From assembly GCA_963662615.2 (NCBI GenBank), contig CAXXSR010000001.1, positions 800,001 to 864,000 of the forward strand: a DNA stretch of 64,000 bases, read 5' to 3'. The position numbers were made by a program, and so were the translations under genes. Below are positions 19,071 to 28,933 of the stretch, in pieces. The number at the start of each line of letters is the position of its first letter. Position 1 is the stretch's first letter. The notes beneath the pieces were generated by a model. It was not told the DNA's origin. It saw only the letters and a list, made by a program, of their open reading frames with translations, and searched no databases. This stretch comes from Dehalococcoidia bacterium. GTDB lineage: Bacteria; Chloroflexota; Dehalococcoidia; Bin125.

Positions 19071-21932
19071 TTAATCGTCTGGGGGTTTGACGGTCGAGCG
19101 CTTGGCGGTCGAGCGCTTAGCGGTCGAGCGCTTTGCGGTTGAGCGCTTCGCCGGGCCGGCGGCCTTCTTGCCGCCCTTCGCGCCGCCGGCCCGTTTGCGG
19201 GCGGAGCCCGAGGAGCGGCGGCGCTTGGGCGCGGCGGCCTTGTCCGCAATCAGAGCCGCCGCGCGCTCCAGTGTGACCTGGGTGGGGTCCGTGCCCCGGG
19301 GCAGCGAGGCGTTGGTCTCGCCGTCACTCGCGTAGGGACCGTAGCGGCCATCCAAGATCCGGATCGGCTTGCCGCTTCCGGGGTCGGAGCCCAGGTCGGC
19401 GAGGACACGGCTGCGGCTCGCCCGCCGGAAGCTGGCGCTCTTGGGCTCCGCCAGCAGTTCCAGCGCCCGTTCCAGACTGATGGCGTAGACGTCGTCCGAG
19501 TCCGTGAGCGATCGTGACTCATCGCCGCGCTGGACGTAGGGGCCAAAGCGCCCGCTGGCCGCGGTGACCGTTTCGCCGCCGGCCGGGTCCGTTCCCAGCG
19601 TGCGCGGCAGCGACAGCCAGAGCAGCGCATCCTCCAGCGTCACGTCATCCGGGTTCGCGCCGGGGGTCGCGGATGCGCGTTGCGGCCGCGGCGCGCCCTT
19701 GGCGCCGTCCGGGGGGCTGGGTCCCCGCTGGACGTAGGGGCCGAAGCGGCCGCGGTGCAGGACGACCTCCAGGCCCGTATCTGGATCGTGTCCCAGGTTG
19801 CGGGGCGCCTCGGCATTGACGGCGAGCAGTTCGCGCGCCCGGGCCGTGTCGAGCTCGGCGGGCGGCAGGTCCGGCGGCACCGAGGCCGTGTTGCCGGGTC
19901 CGCCCTCTCCGCGCTGGAGATACGGCCCGAAGCGGCCGATGCGCACGGCGATGGGATCGCCGCTTTCGGGGTCGGCGCCAATGTCCAGCATGGGAAAGCC
20001 GATGTCGGGCAATTCGGTGTCGATGCGGGCCGCCAGCCCGGGCTCGCCGTCGCTGCCGTGATAGAAGGCGCGCAGGTGCGAAAGGGAGTCGCTCTCGCCC
20101 CGCGCGATGGCGTCGAGCACCTCCTCCATCTGGGCGGTGAAGCGCGGTTCGACCAGATCGCCGAAGTGGCGCTCCAACAGCTCCGTGACCGCATAGGCGA
20201 GGAAGCTGGGCACCAGGGCGCTGCCCTGGCGGAAGGCGTAGCCGCGGTCCTGGATGGTGCTGAGGATGGCGGCATACGTGCTGGGCCGGCCCAACCCCTC
20301 TTCCTCCAGCCGGCGCACCAGGCTTGCCTCGGTGAATCGCGGGGGCGGCTGCGTTTGGTGGCGCTTCGCCTCCAGGGCGGCGAGCCGGACGCTCTCCCCT
20401 GCCGCGACGGCGGGCAGAAGGCGCTCGCTCTCGTCCTCCGCTTCGGGGTCGTCGGGCTCTACGGCGGCAACGCGCAAGTAGCCCGCGAACACCAGGCGGC
20501 GGCCGCGGGCCTCGAACAGGCCGGGGCTGTCGCCGGCCCGGGCCCCCGTGAGCTGGACTTGGATCTGCACGACCGTGCGCTCCAGCTGCGCGTCCGTCAT
20601 CTGGCTGGCGAGCGTCCGGCGCCAGACGAGTTCGTACAGCCGCAATTGGTCCTCGCTGAGGGCGGAGCGGATCGCGTCGGGGCTGCGTCGCACGTGCGTG
20701 GGGCGGATCGCTTCGTGGGCCTCCTGGGCGTTGCGGGTGCGGGTGCGGTAGGCGCGCGAGCCGCCGGCGTAGGCCGCCCCGAACTGCTCCCGGATCAGAT
20801 CCTGCAGCTCCGTGAGCACCGGCTTGGCCAGCGTCACCGAGTCCGTGCGCATGTACGTGATCAGGCCCTCGCGCTCGCTCCCTACGTCCACGCCCTCGTA
20901 GAGGCTCTGGGCGACTTGCATGGTGCGCCGGGCGCTGAAGCCCAGCTTGCGACTGGCCTCTTGCTGCAGGGTTGAGGTGGTAAACGGCGGCGCCGGTCGC
21001 TGGCTGTGCGGCGACGTTTCCACGCTGGTCACGTTCCATGGCTCGGCAGCGCGCAGCGCCTCGATCAGGTCCGCGACCTGGGCTTCGTCGAGCAGGCGTA
21101 CGCCGGCCGCCGTGAGGGCGCCGCTGGCCGGGTCGAAGTCGCGCGTGGTCGGGAGCCGCTCTTGGCCCAAGCGCTTGAGGGTGGCGGGCAGCGGACCCTC
21201 CGCAGCCTCCAGCGTCGCCTCGGCGTCCCAGTAAGTGGCGGCACGAAAGCGCGCGCGCTCCCGCTCGCGATCCACCAGCAGCCGCACGGCGACGCTCTGG
21301 ACGCGCCCGGCGGAGAGCCCCACCTGGATCTTGCGCCAGAGCACCGGGGAGAGGCTGTAGCCGAACAGCCGGTCCAGGATGCGCCGCGACTCCTGCGCCT
21401 CCACGAGATTGCGATCGACCTGCCGGGGCGAGCGCAGCGCTTGCTCAATGGCCTCCGGGGTCACTTCATGAAAGACGATCCGCTCCACCGGCACGGTTGG
21501 GGCCAGCAGCTCGATCAGGTGCCAGCCAATGCTTTCGCCCTCGCGGTCTTCGTCGGTGGCCAGCAGGAGCTTGTCGGCGCCCTTCAGGATCTGCTGCAGT
21601 CGCTTCACATGGGCTCGCTTGTCGGCCGGCACGATGTAGACGGGCGCAAAATCCTCTTCCACGTTGACGCCCAGCTCGGCCCAGGGCTTGCCCTTGATTG
21701 AGTCCGGGCGCTCTTCCGCCGTGCTGGGCAGGTCTCGGACATGGCCGTAGGAGGCGTCAACGACGTAGTCGTCGCCGAGGAACCGCGCGATGGTCTCGGC
21801 CTTCGCCGGTGACTCGACGATGACGAGATGGCGCCGGCGGGGGCTGCGCCGAGGTTTGCTCTTGGCGGGCTTGTCCGCGGCCGACGAGGCGGACGCTGGG
21901 GGGCTCTGCTCCCTGCTCTCAGGCGCGGACAT
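19071..21932 (-). CDS. topA: DNA topoisomerase I with C-terminal repeat domains and a basic tail
   Basis: LVIVESPAKA, ATDEDREGE, SAGRVQS, ITYMRTDS, AQEAHEAIRPT, repeated GRFGPY motifs. Confidence 0.97.
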   Translation of the reverse strand: MSAPESREQSPPASASSAADKPAKSKPRRSPRRRHLVIVESPAKAETIARFLGDDYVVDASYGHVRDLPSTAEERPDSIKGKPWAELGVNVEEDFAPVYIVPADKRAHVKRLQQILKGADKLLLATDEDREGESIGWHLIELLAPTVPVERIVFHEVTPEAIEQALRSPRQVDRNLVEAQESRRILDRLFGYSLSPVLWRKIQVGLSAGRVQSVAVRLLVDRERERARFRAATYWDAEATLEAAEGPLPATLKRLGQERLPTTRDFDPASGALTAAGVRLLDEAQVADLIEALRAAEPWNVTSVETSPHSQRPAPPFTTSTLQQEASRKLGFSARRTMQVAQSLYEGVDVGSEREGLITYMRTDSVTLAKPVLTELQDLIREQFGAAYAGGSRAYRTRTRNAQEAHEAIRPTHVRRSPDAIRSALSEDQLRLYELVWRRTLASQMTDAQLERTVVQIQVQLTGARAGDSPGLFEARGRRLVFAGYLRVAAVEPDDPEAEDESERLLPAVAAGESVRLAALEAKRHQTQPPPRFTEASLVRRLEEEGLGRPSTYAAILSTIQDRGYAFRQGSALVPSFLAYAVTELLERHFGDLVEPRFTAQMEEVLDAIARGESDSLSHLRAFYHGSDGEPGLAARIDTELPDIGFPMLDIGADPESGDPIAVRIGRFGPYLQRGEGGPGNTASVPPDLPPAELDTARARELLAVNAEAPRNLGHDPDTGLEVVLHRGRFGPYVQRGPSPPDGAKGAPRPQRASATPGANPDDVTLEDALLWLSLPRTLGTDPAGGETVTAASGRFGPYVQRGDESRSLTDSDDVYAISLERALELLAEPKSASFRRASRSRVLADLGSDPGSGKPIRILDGRYGPYASDGETNASLPRGTDPTQVTLERAAALIADKAAAPKRRRSSGSARKRAGGAKGGKKAAGPAKRSTAKRSTAKRSTAKRSTVKPPDD
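19091..19150. repeat. 15-bp tandem repeat encoding (KRSTA)4 in the TopA tail
   Basis: cggtcgagcgcttNg units at 19091, 19106, 19121, 19136. Confidence 0.85.
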
Positions 21933-23007
21933 AGGTCATGGGTCCCACCTGGCGCACCAACCCCTTCAGTTCCAGCATAGCCAGCGTGCTGCTGACGGTG
22001 GAGGCGGGCAGGCCGGCGGCCCGCACTGCGTCGTCGATGTGGACCGGCTCCCCGCCCAGGCGCCGAAGGAGCGCGGCCTGCTGGGGATCTTCCGGGATCA
22101 GGGCGGCGAGTTCTATCTGCTGCTCAACCATTTGCAGGTTGAGCTCTTCCAAAATATCGGACACGTTGGTGACCAGCTTGGCCATGCCCTGCTGGATCAG
22201 GGCGTTCGTGGCCCGGCTGGTTGGCGACGTGATGCGGCCCGGCACGGCGAACACTTCGCGGTTCTGCTCGTTGGCCCAGTTGGCGGTGTGGAGGGCGCCA
22301 GAGCCCTCGCCCGCCTCGACGATCAGCGTGCCCAGGGTGAGCCCGGAGAGGATGCGGTTGCGCCGGGGGAAATAGTCGGCGCGGGGCCGGACGCCCAACG
22401 GCTGTTCCGAGACCAGCGCGCCCTGCTGGGCGATACGGCGCGCCAGACCGGCGTGCTCGGGCGGGTAGATGATGTCCAGTCCGCAGGCCAGCACGGCGAT
22501 GCTGCGCCCACCGGCCTCCAGCGCGGCTTCATGGGCAATGCCATCCACGCCGCGCGCCAGCCCGCTGGTGACGGTGACGCCGTTCTGAGCCAGGCCCCGG
22601 CTCATCTCCTGGGTCACCTGGCGGCCATAGGGCGAGACGCGGCGAGTACCGACCACCGCCACCGACCACTCATCCTTTCGCTCCAGACTGCCCCGCACGA
22701 ACAGCAGGGGCGGCTTGTCGTCGATTTCGCGCAGGCGCGCCGGGTATTCGGGGTCGTGCCAGGTGTAGGCCGCGACGCCGGCGCGTTGGATGGCCGCCAG
22801 TTCCGCCTCCGGCACGATCTGGCCGCGGGCGCGAGCGAGCGAGCGCAGGGTGGCGGCGTCCAGGCCCGCGGCCCGCAGCTCTTCCGAGGGCGCGGCCCAG
22901 GCGTCGGCGAGGGAGCAGAAGCGCTGCTCCAGCAGGCCCACGCGGCGGCTGCCAATCCGCGAGACGCGGGCGAAGGCGAGCCAGTAGGGCAGATGCGTAT
23001 GTGCCAT
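21919..23007 (-). CDS. dprA: DNA-processing protein DprA
   Basis: YPARLREI, VAVVGTR, SGLARGVDGIAH, FPRRNRILSGL, SGALHTA. Confidence 0.97.
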   Translation of the reverse strand: MAHTHLPYWLAFARVSRIGSRRVGLLEQRFCSLADAWAAPSEELRAAGLDAATLRSLARARGQIVPEAELAAIQRAGVAAYTWHDPEYPARLREIDDKPPLLFVRGSLERKDEWSVAVVGTRRVSPYGRQVTQEMSRGLAQNGVTVTSGLARGVDGIAHEAALEAGGRSIAVLACGLDIIYPPEHAGLARRIAQQGALVSEQPLGVRPRADYFPRRNRILSGLTLGTLIVEAGEGSGALHTANWANEQNREVFAVPGRITSPTSRATNALIQQGMAKLVTNVSDILEELNLQMVEQQIELAALIPEDPQQAALLRRLGGEPVHIDDAVRAAGLPASTVSSTLAMLELKGLVRQVGPMTYVRA

Positions 23008-23024
23008 GAGTTCGGCAGGATACT

Positions 23025-24317
23025 CTACGGCGCCGTGACCGGCTCGTCGCTGCGCGAGCCGGACTCCGTCGCGTCCCGGCGAACGCGCACCCGCGCGATG
23101 CGGCGGCCGTCCATCCGCAACACCGCCAGGTGGAGCCCGTCGACGTGGACTTCGTCCCCGACCTCCGGGATCTTGCCCAGGCGGTCGAACATCAAGCCGC
23201 CCACGGTCGCGAAATCCACGCCCTCGAGCTTGTAGCCGAAGAGCTCGTCCAGGCTGTCCGTGGAGGTGCGGCCGTCCAGGATCGCTTCGTCGTCCGAGAT
23301 GCGCACGACCGAGTCGGCGCTGGAGTGGTCATACTCGTCCTCAATTTCGCCCACGATCTCCTCCAGCAGGTCCTCAATGGTGACCAGGCCGGCGGTGCCT
23401 CCGTACTCGTCCAGGACGATGGCGATGTGGACGCGCTTGGTCCGGAACTCGGTGAGGAGGTCGTCGATGAGCTTGGACTCCGGCACCAGCAGGGGCGGCC
23501 GCATGAGGTCCCGCACGGCGGTGTCGCGGTTGGCGAGCAGTTCGGCGAGCGCATCCTTGGCGTAGAGGATGCCGATGACGTTGTCCAGGCTGCCCTCGAA
23601 TACCGCAACCCGCGAGACGCCGCGGTCGACGGCGATCTGGGCCGCGTCGCGGAGGGCGCTCTCCACGTCGACGGCGACGATATCGGGGCGCGGCACCGCG
23701 GCTTCATGCACCGGGGTCTCGCCGATCTCGATCACGCGCCGGATCATCTCGCGTTCGTCGGCCTCAATGCCGCCGCCGTCGTTCTGTTCCAGGAGGACCT
23801 CCAACTCCGTGGGCTCGGGAGCGTGAGCCGCCTGCGCGGCGCGGAAGCGCGTGATCGAGAAGGCGGGCGCCTCCATCACGAGCGCCGGGATCACGAAGAG
23901 GGAATCCAGCGCGTCCATGGTCCGGGCGGCCAGCAGACCGAACGCCTCCGGCGACGTGCCGGCCAGCCGCCGCGGCACCGCTTGCGCGACACCGGCCACC
24001 AGAAAGGCGACCGCGCCCGTCGCGATGACCGCTTCCCAACTGAAGCCCAGCTCCTGGGCGATCAAATAGACGGCCGCCGTCACGCCGGTGGTGACGGCCA
24101 GCGTGCGGCCCACGGCGAACGATCCCAGCGCCCGCTCACGCGCCTGGATGATGCGATGGAGCCGTTGCGCGGTGGGGTCGTCCGGTTCACGCTCGAGCAG
24201 CAGGCGCGCTCGCGAGCGGCTGAGGCTGATCACGCCGGCCTCCGCGGCCGCCTCCACGACCAGGAGCGCGAACGCCGCCACCAGCACGATCAGGGCCACT
24301 ATCGATCCGGCGCTCAT
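23025..24317 (-). CDS. HlyC/CorC (CNNM-CBS-CorC) family transporter-associated protein
   Basis: N-terminal TM helices, CBS pair, [29 protein letters not shown]-terminal CorC domain. Confidence 0.92.
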   Translation of the reverse strand: MSAGSIVALIVLVAAFALLVVEAAAEAGVISLSRSRARLLLEREPDDPTAQRLHRIIQARERALGSFAVGRTLAVTTGVTAAVYLIAQELGFSWEAVIATGAVAFLVAGVAQAVPRRLAGTSPEAFGLLAARTMDALDSLFVIPALVMEAPAFSITRFRAAQAAHAPEPTELEVLLEQNDGGGIEADEREMIRRVIEIGETPVHEAAVPRPDIVAVDVESALRDAAQIAVDRGVSRVAVFEGSLDNVIGILYAKDALAELLANRDTAVRDLMRPPLLVPESKLIDDLLTEFRTKRVHIAIVLDEYGGTAGLVTIEDLLEEIVGEIEDEYDHSSADSVVRISDDEAILDGRTSTDSLDELFGYKLEGVDFATVGGLMFDRLGKIPEVGDEVHVDGLHLAVLRMDGRRIARVRVRRDATESGSRSDEPVTAP

Positions 24318-24353
24318 GGCGATCCGCCGTTCATGGCGATCCGCCGCTCATGG
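24314..24353. repeat. 17-bp tandem duplication at the glmU/HlyC junction; each unit carries an ATGA overlap
   Basis: tcatggcgatccgccg at 24314 and 24331, partial tcatgg at 24348. Confidence 0.85.
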
Positions 24354-25760
24354 GGCAGGCCGGTCGCGGGGGCGATCAGTGCGGGCAGGATCGTTGCGGG
24401 CCGGGTGGCCCACGACGCGCCGCCCCGCGGGCACGTCACGAGTGACGACGGCGCCGGCGCCGGTGCGGGCATCGTCTCCGATGGCCAGGGGCGCGATCAG
24501 GAGCGAATCACTGCCAATGAAAACGCGCTCGCCGATCAGGGTGCGGTGCTTGGCCGCGCCGTCGTAGTTGCAGGTGATCGCCCCCGCGCCGATGTTGGCC
24601 CCCGCGCCCACCTCCGCGTCGCCGAGATAGGAGAAATGGCCCATCGTCACGCCCGCGTGCAAGTGGGCGTTTTTCGTCTCGGCATGCGTGCCGATGTGGA
24701 CGCCGTCGTCCAGGACGGTGCCGGCGCGGAGCGTGCTGTAGGGCCCCACCGTGACGCCGTCCCCCAGGATGGCGTCCGTGACGCTGCACTGCTCCAGGAC
24801 GCAGTTGGCGCCCACGACCGCGTCCCGGAGCACGGCGTTGGGGCCCAGGCGACTGCCGCCGCCGACGACGGTGCGGCCGCGCAGGTGCGTGCCCGGCTCC
24901 AGCACGGTGTCGGGCTCGATGTGGACGTCGGCGTCGATGTAGGTGGTGGCCGGATCGACGATGGTCACGCCGCCCCGCATCCAGGCCGTCCGCAGGCGCG
25001 CGCGCAGGACGCGCTCCGCGCGCGCCTGGTCCTGGCGGTCCTCCACGTTCAGGGGTCCATCCGCCGCATCGATAGGCACCGCCAGCGCGCCTCCGGGCTC
25101 CACGGCCGCTCGGGCGATGGCGTCGGTCAGATAGATCTCGCCGCTCGCGCCGGCCGGCAGCGCTGCCAGTGCGGGCCAGAGCCAGGCCGTCTCGAAGCGG
25201 TAGAGGCCGGCGCAGACCTCATCGATGCGCGCCGTCTCCGCGCTCGTCTCGACCTCCTCCACGATGGCGGTGAGGCGGCCCGCCCCATCGCGCACGACGC
25301 GGCCCAGCCCGGCGGGGTCGGCCACCGTGATAGTGGCGACGGCCGCGCGGCACGGCGTCGCGGCGACCAGCGCGCGCAGGTGGGCGCCGGTAAGGAGACC
25401 GAGGTCGCCGTTCACGACCACGACTCTCTCTCCCGTCACCACCTCCCGCGCCTGTAGCAGCGCGTTGCCGGTCCCCCGCGGCTCCGCCTGATGGGCAAAG
25501 GTGATATCGAGCCCTTCGACGTCGTCAGAGGAGACGCCGGCGCGGACCTGCTCTTCGTCGATACCCGTCACCACCACGGCGCGGGGGATCCCGGCCGCGC
25601 GAACGGCGTGCAGGACATGGAGGAGCATGGGCCGCCCGGCGAGCGGGTGCAGGACTTTGGGCAGGCGCGAGCGCATGCGCGTTCCGGCGCCGGCGGCGAG
25701 CACGACAGCCGTAGTGGGTCGTTGACCGTCGTCGTCAGCGTCCATGGGCGTCATCAACAT
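24348..25760 (-). CDS. glmU: Bifunctional UDP-GlcNAc pyrophosphorylase / glucosamine-1-phosphate N-acetyltransferase
   Basis: LAAGAGTRMRSRLPKVLH, GEIYLTD, hexapeptide repeats, HFSYLGDA, ITCNYDG. Confidence 0.97.
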   Translation of the reverse strand: MLMTPMDADDDGQRPTTAVVLAAGAGTRMRSRLPKVLHPLAGRPMLLHVLHAVRAAGIPRAVVVTGIDEEQVRAGVSSDDVEGLDITFAHQAEPRGTGNALLQAREVVTGERVVVVNGDLGLLTGAHLRALVAATPCRAAVATITVADPAGLGRVVRDGAGRLTAIVEEVETSAETARIDEVCAGLYRFETAWLWPALAALPAGASGEIYLTDAIARAAVEPGGALAVPIDAADGPLNVEDRQDQARAERVLRARLRTAWMRGGVTIVDPATTYIDADVHIEPDTVLEPGTHLRGRTVVGGGSRLGPNAVLRDAVVGANCVLEQCSVTDAILGDGVTVGPYSTLRAGTVLDDGVHIGTHAETKNAHLHAGVTMGHFSYLGDAEVGAGANIGAGAITCNYDGAAKHRTLIGERVFIGSDSLLIAPLAIGDDARTGAGAVVTRDVPAGRRVVGHPARNDPARTDRPRDRPAP

Positions 25761-25787
25761 CCATGGGCGTCATTAACTTCCATAGGG
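25741..25787. repeat. 19-bp tandem duplication across the glmU start
   Basis: tccatgggcgtcatcaaca / tccatgggcgtcattaact / tccataggg. Confidence 0.8.
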
Positions 25788-26141
25788 AGGGCCTAGCGTC
25801 GCGACGCTTGCGGTCAGGCGCGCGCGTCGGTGATCCGACGCCGACGGAAGGATCGGGCGAGGATGAGGAGGCTCGTCAGCCGTATCCGCTTGTTCGCAGC
25901 GCTCTTCCAACTGACCTCGTGGGCGACTCGCTCCCGGCTGGGAGGGTCGCCGCTTCTCCACCATTTGACAGTAGGAACGGAGCGGGCGCGATGTCAACTG
26001 CCCTTGAGGTCGCCCGTCCGCTCTTTCGCGCCGCGGGCGCCGCCGTCGATCGCGGTGCTGAGCGTGCCGCTGCGGTTCCTATGCCGTCGCCGTTCCTATA
26101 CTGGGGAAGCGGCGGCGGCGTGCGAGTCGATGAGGCGCAAG

Positions 26142-28928
26142 ATGGAAGCCAGCAGCATTCGTGGGGCGTTCACGGCGTTCTTCGAGCGCCACGATCATCT
26201 CCGGGTTGCCAGCGCGCCGCTCGTCGCGCCGGGCGACCCCACCCTGCTCTTCACCAGCGCGGGCATGGTTCCCCTCAAGCCGTTCTTCCTGGGGCAGGAG
26301 ACGCCGCCGCGGGAGCGGCTCACCTCCGTGCAGAAGTGCTTTCGCACCACCGACATGGACGCCGTGGGCGACGATTCCCACCTCACCTTCTTTGAAATGA
26401 TGGGCAATTTCTCGCTGGGCGATTACTTCAAGGCGGAAGCGCAGGCCTGGGCCTGGGAGCTGGTGACCCAGGGACTGGCGATTCCGGCGGAGCGCCTGGT
26501 GACGACCGTCTTCCTGGACGACGACGAGGCGTTCGACAATTGGCGCAGGATCGGGGTGCCGGAGGAGCGCATCTTTCGCTACGGCGAAGAGGAGGGGAAC
26601 TACTGGTCGGCCGGTGTGGGCGGGCCGTGCGGCCCCTGCTCCGAGATCCACTACGACATGCACCCCGACCCCAGCGGCGCGCACCCGGGCCCGGCCGGCC
26701 ACGAGGAGCGCTACCTGGAGATCTGGAATCTGGTCTTCATGCAGTTCCGCCAGAACGAGGATGGCAGCAAGACGCCGCTGCCGGCCGCCAACATTGACAC
26801 CGGGGCCGGCCTGGAGCGCTGGGCGATGATGCTGCAGGGCAAGTCCAACCTCTACGAGACCGATCTCTTTTTGCCGCTGCTGCAGTACGTGGCCGGCCGC
26901 AGCGGGCGCGACTACCAGGGCGGCAGCGAGGCCGAGCGGCGCGCCCTGCGCGTGATTGTGGAGCACGGCCGGGCCGTCACCTTCCTGGTCTCGGACGGGG
27001 TGCTGCCCAGCAACGAGGGTCGGGGCTATGTCCTGCGCCGGCTGATCCGGCGGGCGCTCTACATGGCGCAGACGCTGGGCATCCAGGAGCAACTGCTGGC
27101 CGACGTGGCGGAGCAGGTGCGCGCGCACATGGGCGAGGCCTACCCGGAGATCGTGGAGCACAAGGCGTTGACGGATCGGGTGCTGGACCAGGAGGAGGAG
27201 CGCTTCAGGCAGACGCTGGCCAGCGGGCATGCTCAGTTGGAAGCCGAGATCATTCCAGCGATTAAGGGGCGGGCAGCCACGCGCCCGTCGCCAACAGGCG
27301 AGGATTCCACGGCAAGGAAGGCCGGCCCGCGCGGTGAGCAAGCGGCGCGGACCGGCTCGGCCATTGCCCGCAAGTTGGAGCAGATCAGCGCCAAGCAGGC
27401 GCGCAGCGGCGCATCGGTTGAGCCGCACGTCCCCGGTGAGATCGCCTTTCTCCTCTACGACACGTACGGCTTCCCGCCGGAGCTGACACGCGAAATCGCG
27501 GCGGAGCACGGCCTGGAATTCGATCAGGCCGGGTTCGATGTCGCGATGGCGGAGCAGCGTGAACGGGGGCGCGCCGCTTCCGAGTTCCGCACGGACGAGG
27601 ACGCTGCGCTCTTCACGCGGGTCGGGGGTGTCTCGGAGTTCCTGGGCTACGAGGGCGTGCAAGGGAGCGGCACCGTGACCGGCATCGTCCTTGAGGGCGC
27701 GCTGGTCGATGTCGCCGTCGCCGGGGGCGACGTGGAGGTGGTGCTGGATCAGACGCCCTTCTATCCCGAGGGGGGCGGCCAGGTGGGCGATGCCGGGCGC
27801 CTGGTGGGACCCGCGGGCGAGGTGGAGGTCCGCGACACGCAGCGCCGCGGCGACCTGATCAGCCACGTCGGCGCCGTGGTCCGCGGGCGCCTCGCGGTGG
27901 GCGACGTGGTGGAGGCAGCGGTCGAGGGAGAGCGCCGCGGCGACGTCATGCGCAACCACACGGCCACGCATCTGCTCCACGCGGCGCTGCGCGGCGTCCT
28001 GGGCGAGCACGTGCGGCAGGCGGGATCGCTCGTTGCAGCGGACCGCCTGCGCTTCGACTACACGCAGGCGGAGGCGCCCGCCGCGGAGCAGCTCGCCGCG
28101 GTGCAGCGGCTGGTCAGCGGGAAGATCCGCGAGGACATTGGCGTGGACGCCAACGTCATGTCGTACCACGAGGCGATTGACTATGGGGCGATGGCCATCT
28201 TCGGCGAGAAGTACGGCACGGACGTCCGCGTCATAGAGATCTGCGACCCCGATCCCGCCGTCCGTGACTGTTTCAGCAAGGAGCTTTGCGGGGGCACGCA
28301 TGCGCCGGCCACCGGCTTCATTGGCGAGTTTCAGATCGTCTCGGAGGGGAGCGTGGGCGCAGGCGTGCGGCGCATTGAGGCGCTCACGGGCGCGGCCGCG
28401 GAGGCCTGGCGGCAGGAGCGGCTGACACTGTTGGACGACGTTGCCGCGGCGCTGCGCACGGCTCCGCTCGAGAGCGCGGAGCGCGTGCGCGCGTTGCAGG
28501 GGGAACTGAGCGCGGCCAAGCGCCGTCTTGCAGAGTTAGAGCGCAAGGCCGGCGCCGGCTCCGCCGCGACGGTGGCGGCCGCCGCCAACGATGTGGATGG
28601 CGTGGCCGTGGCGGCCGGCCGGGTTGAGGTGGCGTCGGCGGAGGCGCTGCGCCAGGCCGGCGACGAGGTGCGGCGGCGCTTGGGCAGCGGCGTCATTGTG
28701 CTGGGCGCCGTCGCCGGCAAGCGGCCGCTGTTCGTCGCCATGGTGACGGACGACCTCGTGCAGCGGGGGCTGCACGCGGGCAAGCTGATTCGGGAGGTGG
28801 CGACGATCACCGGTGGGGGCGGCGGTGGTGGAGCGGAGATGGCGCAGGCGGGCGGCAAAGACGAAACGAAGCTGGAGGAGGCGCTTGCCACGGTACCGGA
28901 GATCGTGCGGAGGCAGGGCGCGGGCTAG
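26142..28928 (+). CDS. alaS: Alanine-tRNA ligase
   Basis: DPTLLFTSAGMVPLK, HLTFFEMMGNFS, EIWNLVFMQ, RNHTATHLLH, SKELCGGTH, GGGGG..AQAGG; alternative start ATG 26130. Confidence 0.97.
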   Translation: MEASSIRGAFTAFFERHDHLRVASAPLVAPGDPTLLFTSAGMVPLKPFFLGQETPPRERLTSVQKCFRTTDMDAVGDDSHLTFFEMMGNFSLGDYFKAEAQAWAWELVTQGLAIPAERLVTTVFLDDDEAFDNWRRIGVPEERIFRYGEEEGNYWSAGVGGPCGPCSEIHYDMHPDPSGAHPGPAGHEERYLEIWNLVFMQFRQNEDGSKTPLPAANIDTGAGLERWAMMLQGKSNLYETDLFLPLLQYVAGRSGRDYQGGSEAERRALRVIVEHGRAVTFLVSDGVLPSNEGRGYVLRRLIRRALYMAQTLGIQEQLLADVAEQVRAHMGEAYPEIVEHKALTDRVLDQEEERFRQTLASGHAQLEAEIIPAIKGRAATRPSPTGEDSTARKAGPRGEQAARTGSAIARKLEQISAKQARSGASVEPHVPGEIAFLLYDTYGFPPELTREIAAEHGLEFDQAGFDVAMAEQRERGRAASEFRTDEDAALFTRVGGVSEFLGYEGVQGSGTVTGIVLEGALVDVAVAGGDVEVVLDQTPFYPEGGGQVGDAGRLVGPAGEVEVRDTQRRGDLISHVGAVVRGRLAVGDVVEAAVEGERRGDVMRNHTATHLLHAALRGVLGEHVRQAGSLVAADRLRFDYTQAEAPAAEQLAAVQRLVSGKIREDIGVDANVMSYHEAIDYGAMAIFGEKYGTDVRVIEICDPDPAVRDCFSKELCGGTHAPATGFIGEFQIVSEGSVGAGVRRIEALTGAAAEAWRQERLTLLDDVAAALRTAPLESAERVRALQGELSAAKRRLAELERKAGAGSAATVAAAANDVDGVAVAAGRVEVASAEALRQAGDEVRRRLGSGVIVLGAVAGKRPLFVAMVTDDLVQRGLHAGKLIREVATITGGGGGGGAEMAQAGGKDETKLEEALATVPEIVRRQGAG

Positions 28929-28933
28929 CCATC

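Noticed and set aside
25790-26140. T-box riboswitch upstream of alaS (also checked pheS and thrS)
   Set aside because: No AAGGTGGTACC/GGTGGAACC-type T-box with a terminator; -10 boxes lie close to the alaS and pheS starts.
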